DNA from: an uncultured Solirubrobacterales bacterium
Lineage (GTDB): Bacteria > Actinomycetota > Thermoleophilia > Solirubrobacterales > Solirubrobacteraceae
Assembly: GCA_963757015.1 (NCBI GenBank)
Contig: CAVWQA010000006.1
Location: forward strand, 69,399 to 133,398
Length of the DNA stretch: 64,000 nt
Direction: 5' to 3'
In this document: positions 60,888 through 64,000 of the stretch, piece after piece
Layout of the letters: each line of letters opens with the position of its first letter
How positions within the stretch are numbered: position 1 is the stretch's first letter
Notes under the pieces: model-generated
What the model saw: only the letters and a program-made list of their open reading frames with translations
Told to the model about the DNA's origin: nothing
Database searches by the model: none
Made by a program: the position numbers and the translations under genes

Positions 60888-60977
60888 CCGCAAAACATCT
60901 ATATCCGGATTGCCTTTTGGTAGATTCTGGCGGAGCCCTGATTGTGGGCGCAACCGACCCCGACCGGAAGGACGCCG

Positions 60978-62801
60978 ATGGAGCCCGCATCGCTGGAGAC
61001 GCAGACCGCAGCACGCGCGGGAACGCTCGACAACCCGGAGGTGATCGAGAACGTCCCGGGGCACGTGATCCCGATCCTCGTTAACGAATTCGACGACTTC
61101 GACACCGAGTCGACCCGCTACCTGAAGGGCGAGCTGGCCGAGGAGGACTTCATCAAGTTCCGCCTCAAGCAGGGCGTATACGGCCAGCGCCAGCCCGACG
61201 TTCAGATGGTGCGCGTCAAGCTCCCGCTGGGCGGCGTCACTCCCGAACAGCTCGAGGCCTTCGCCGACGGGATCGCACGCCACGTCCCGCTGCGCAAGGG
61301 CCACATCACCACCCGGCAGAACATCCAGATGCACCACGTGCCGCTGGCCGCCGCCGCCGAGCTGATCCGCGAGCTCGGCGACGCCGGGCTGTCCTCGCGG
61401 GAGGGGTGCGGGAACACGATGCGCAACGTGACCGGAGATCCACGCGCGGGGGTGCTCGAGGGCGAGCTGTTCGACATCACCCCCTTCGCAGGCGCCTACG
61501 TGCGCTACTTCGTGCGTCATCCGACGACCCAGTCGATGCCGCGCAAGTTCAAGACCGCGTTCGCAGCCACCGACGAGGACAACGCGATCACCCAGATCCA
61601 CGACATGGCCTTCCTGCCGCGCATCCGCGACGGGGTGCGCGGAGTCGAGGTGCGTGTCGGCGGCGGCACCTCGATCATGCCCCGGATCGCCCCGACGCTG
61701 TATGAGTTCGTCGAACTCGACAACGGCGACTACCTCAAGGTCACCGAGGCCGTGGTGCGGATCTTCGACCGTCAGGAGTTCCTGCGCGTAAACCGCGCCC
61801 GCGCCAGGATCAAGGTGCTGATCGACAAGATCGGGATCGACGCCTTCCGCGAGCAGGTCGAGGAGGAGCTGCAAGGCGAGTGGGTCTCAGAGCGCGACTT
61901 CTCGCCGGACACGATCCTGTTCGATCACGACGAGCAGGCCAACGCGCCGACCGCCCGACCGTCGTACGCAAACCCCAACGGCGACGGCCGGGAATTCGAC
62001 CGCTTTGTGCAATCCAACGTGCAGGCTCAGCGCCAGCCCGGCTTCAGCACGGTCGAGGTCAAGGTCAGGCGGGGCGATCTGACCGTCGAGCAGCTCCGGG
62101 GGCTGGCCGACGTGGTGCGCCGCTACAGCGGCGGCTACGCGCGTACCACCGTGCACCAGAACCTCGTCCTGCGCTGGGTCCGGGACGAGTCCGTTTACGA
62201 GGTCTGGCGCGCGCTGAGCGCGCTCGAGCTCGGGGAAGCCGGCGCCGACGAGATCTCCGACGTCGTCAGCTGCCCCGGGACTGACTCGTGCAAGCTCGGG
62301 ATCACGAGCTCGATGGGCCTCAACCAGGCGATCCAGGACCGGCTCGTGCAGATGGACATCGACGATCCGCTGGCCCGGCGGATCCACATCAAGATGAGCG
62401 GCTGCCCCAACGGCTGTGGCCAGCACCACATCGCCGACATCGGCTTCTATGGAGCGTCGATCAAGATCGGCCAACGCACGATCCCGGCCTACATTCCGCA
62501 CGTGGGCGGCGTCTACGAGGGCGGGGAAGTTCGCTACGGACAACGGCTCAAGGCGCGTCTACCGGCCAAGCGGGTGCCCGAGGCCGTCGAACGCTGGGTA
62601 CGCTTCTACGAGTCCGAGCGAGCCGAGGGCGAGCCTTTTCAGGGGTTTGTGGACCGCGTCGGTGCCCAGGAGTTTGAGCTGCAGGTGAAGGATCTGACGA
62701 TGCCGATCGAATTCAACCTCGAGAACATGGACCACTTCATCGATTACAACCGCAATCGGCCTTTCGCGGTCGAGCGCGGCGAAGGCGAGTGCGCGGTCTG
62801 A
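60978..62801 (+). CDS. Ferredoxin-dependent sulfite/nitrite reductase
   Basis: RLKQGVYGQ, TTRQNIQ, PRKFK, siroheme/[4Fe-4S] CPGTDSC...SGCPNGC; sits with sulfate-assimilation genes. Confidence 0.93.
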   Translation: MEPASLETQTAARAGTLDNPEVIENVPGHVIPILVNEFDDFDTESTRYLKGELAEEDFIKFRLKQGVYGQRQPDVQMVRVKLPLGGVTPEQLEAFADGIARHVPLRKGHITTRQNIQMHHVPLAAAAELIRELGDAGLSSREGCGNTMRNVTGDPRAGVLEGELFDITPFAGAYVRYFVRHPTTQSMPRKFKTAFAATDEDNAITQIHDMAFLPRIRDGVRGVEVRVGGGTSIMPRIAPTLYEFVELDNGDYLKVTEAVVRIFDRQEFLRVNRARARIKVLIDKIGIDAFREQVEEELQGEWVSERDFSPDTILFDHDEQANAPTARPSYANPNGDGREFDRFVQSNVQAQRQPGFSTVEVKVRRGDLTVEQLRGLADVVRRYSGGYARTTVHQNLVLRWVRDESVYEVWRALSALELGEAGADEISDVVSCPGTDSCKLGITSSMGLNQAIQDRLVQMDIDDPLARRIHIKMSGCPNGCGQHHIADIGFYGASIKIGQRTIPAYIPHVGGVYEGGEVRYGQRLKARLPAKRVPEAVERWVRFYESERAEGEPFQGFVDRVGAQEFELQVKDLTMPIEFNLENMDHFIDYNRNRPFAVERGEGECAV

Positions 62802-63424
62802 TGTCGGTCACCGTCCCCGACCTCGAGCAGGCGACCGCCGAGCAGATCCTGGCCTATGGCGTCGAGCGCTTCGCGCCCCGGCTGACCATGGCCTGCTCGT
62901 TTCAGAAGGAGGAGTCGGTCCTGCTGCACATGCTGAGCGCGATCACGCCTGAGGTGCGTGCCTTCACGATCGACACCGGGGTCCTGTTCCCCGAGACGCT
63001 GGCGACCTGGAGGGCGTTCGAGGATCGCTTCGCCGTCAAGCTCGACGTGCTTGACGCCACCAGCCCGGGTGAGCCCTGGACCGCCGAGCGCTGCTGCAGC
63101 GCGGCCAAGGTCCAGGCGCTGGCGCTGGCGCTCTCAGACGTCGACGCCTGGGTGACCGGCATCCGCCGCGAGCAGGCGACCACCCGCGTGGGCGCGCGCA
63201 AACTCGAGCACGACGCGCAAAGGGGTATCTACAAGCTGAACCCGCTCGCCGACTGGAGCGAGAAGGACCTGTGGCGCTACATCTTCGAGCACGATCTTCC
63301 TTACAATCCCCTGCACGACCAGGGATACGCGTCGATTGGCTGCGCGCCCTGCACGCAGCCCGGCACGGGGCGCAAAGGTCGTTGGGCCGGGCAGGACAAA
63401 ACCGAGTGCGGAATCCATCTCTAG
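62801..63424 (+). CDS. cysH: APS/PAPS reductase (4Fe-4S APS-type)
   Basis: IDTG, CC pair, TGIRREQ, SIGCAPCT, C-terminal ECGIH. Confidence 0.93.
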   Translation: MSVTVPDLEQATAEQILAYGVERFAPRLTMACSFQKEESVLLHMLSAITPEVRAFTIDTGVLFPETLATWRAFEDRFAVKLDVLDATSPGEPWTAERCCSAAKVQALALALSDVDAWVTGIRREQATTRVGARKLEHDAQRGIYKLNPLADWSEKDLWRYIFEHDLPYNPLHDQGYASIGCAPCTQPGTGRKGRWAGQDKTECGIHL

Positions 63425-63490
63425 CTTGACGGGAGTCTGACACCCTCCCGCTAATGTGCCGCTAACAAGTCCCCAACAGTAGGCCCTTAC

Positions 63491-64000
63491 TTGAACCCGT
63501 TCCAATACGAGCTTTCGCACCTCGAGACCCTCGAAGCCGAGTCGATCCACATCTTCAGGGAGGTCGCCGCGGAATTGGAGCGGCCGGTGCTCCTGTTCAG
63601 CGGCGGCAAGGACTCGATCGTCCTGCTGCGCCTGGCCGAGAAGGCGTTTCGCCCCGGGAAGTTCCCGTTCCCGGTGATGCACGTCGACACCGGGCACAAC
63701 TTCCCGGAGGTGCTCGAATTCCGCGACCGGCTCATTTCGGGGCTCGGCGAGCGGTTGATCGTGGCCCACGTCCAGGACTCGATCGATTCGGGGCGGGTGG
63801 TCGAGGAGACCGGCCCGCGCGCGTCACGCAACCGGCTGCAGACCACGACCCTGCTCGACGCGATCGAGGAGCACGGCTTCGACGCCGCCTTCGGGGGCGC
63901 TCGCCGCGACGAGGAACGCGCTCGGGCCAAGGAGCGCGTGTTCTCCTTCCGTGACGATTTCGGTCAGTGGGATCCCAAGCGCCAGCGCCCCGAGCTGTGG
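63491..64000 (+). CDS. cysD: Sulfate adenylyltransferase subunit 2, 3'-truncated by window edge
   Basis: From TTG 63491: LEAESIHIFREV, LFSGGKDS, HVDTGHNF, GGARRDEERARAKER, GQWDPKRQRPELW. Confidence 0.95.
   Translation, partial: MNPFQYELSHLETLEAESIHIFREVAAELERPVLLFSGGKDSIVLLRLAEKAFRPGKFPFPVMHVDTGHNFPEVLEFRDRLISGLGERLIVAHVQDSIDSGRVVEETGPRASRNRLQTTTLLDAIEEHGFDAAFGGARRDEERARAKERVFSFRDDFGQWDPKRQRPELW

Noticed and set aside
63426-63457. Sigma-70 promoter TTGACG/TAATGT before cysD
   Set aside because: Spacer is 20 nt, too long; only a short CGGGAG/CTCCCG inverted repeat is present

Overview
High-GC (~70%) bacterial chromosomal segment. Gene content, many apparently leaderless genes, a class E sortase and TreT/OtsA suggest a deep-branching actinobacterium, probably Thermoleophilia/Solirubrobacterales (inference, not verified). 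Core genes: purA, a dnaB-dnaC-like pair, rpsF-ssb-rpsR-rplI, infA, thiL, pyrE, tRNA-Arg(CCT). Other loci: a trehalose cluster (IMPase-family, TreT, OtsA); an envelope block (two-component system, M28-like membrane protein plus sortase, class A PBP, CPBP protease, L,D-transpeptidase, GT-C-like membrane protein); opp and polar amino-acid ABC operons; EPS genes; moaD/E-selA-selB; propionyl-CoA genes; and the start of a sulfate-assimilation operon. I found no CRISPR array, prophage or IS. Main points of interest: (1) a 490-aa LAGLIDADG intein with Ser1, penultimate Lys and Thr+1 inside a UDP-glucuronate decarboxylase; (2) a 209-aa DnaB intein with a partly deleted endonuclease; (3) a catalytically degenerate M28 (Gaa1-like architecture) membrane protein 7 bp upstream of a sortase, a candidate undescribed protein-anchoring module; (4) a phage-type helicase loader coupled to dnaB; (5) five single-base-insertion frameshifts, most likely assembly errors. 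All calls come from reading motifs by eye; no searches were run.
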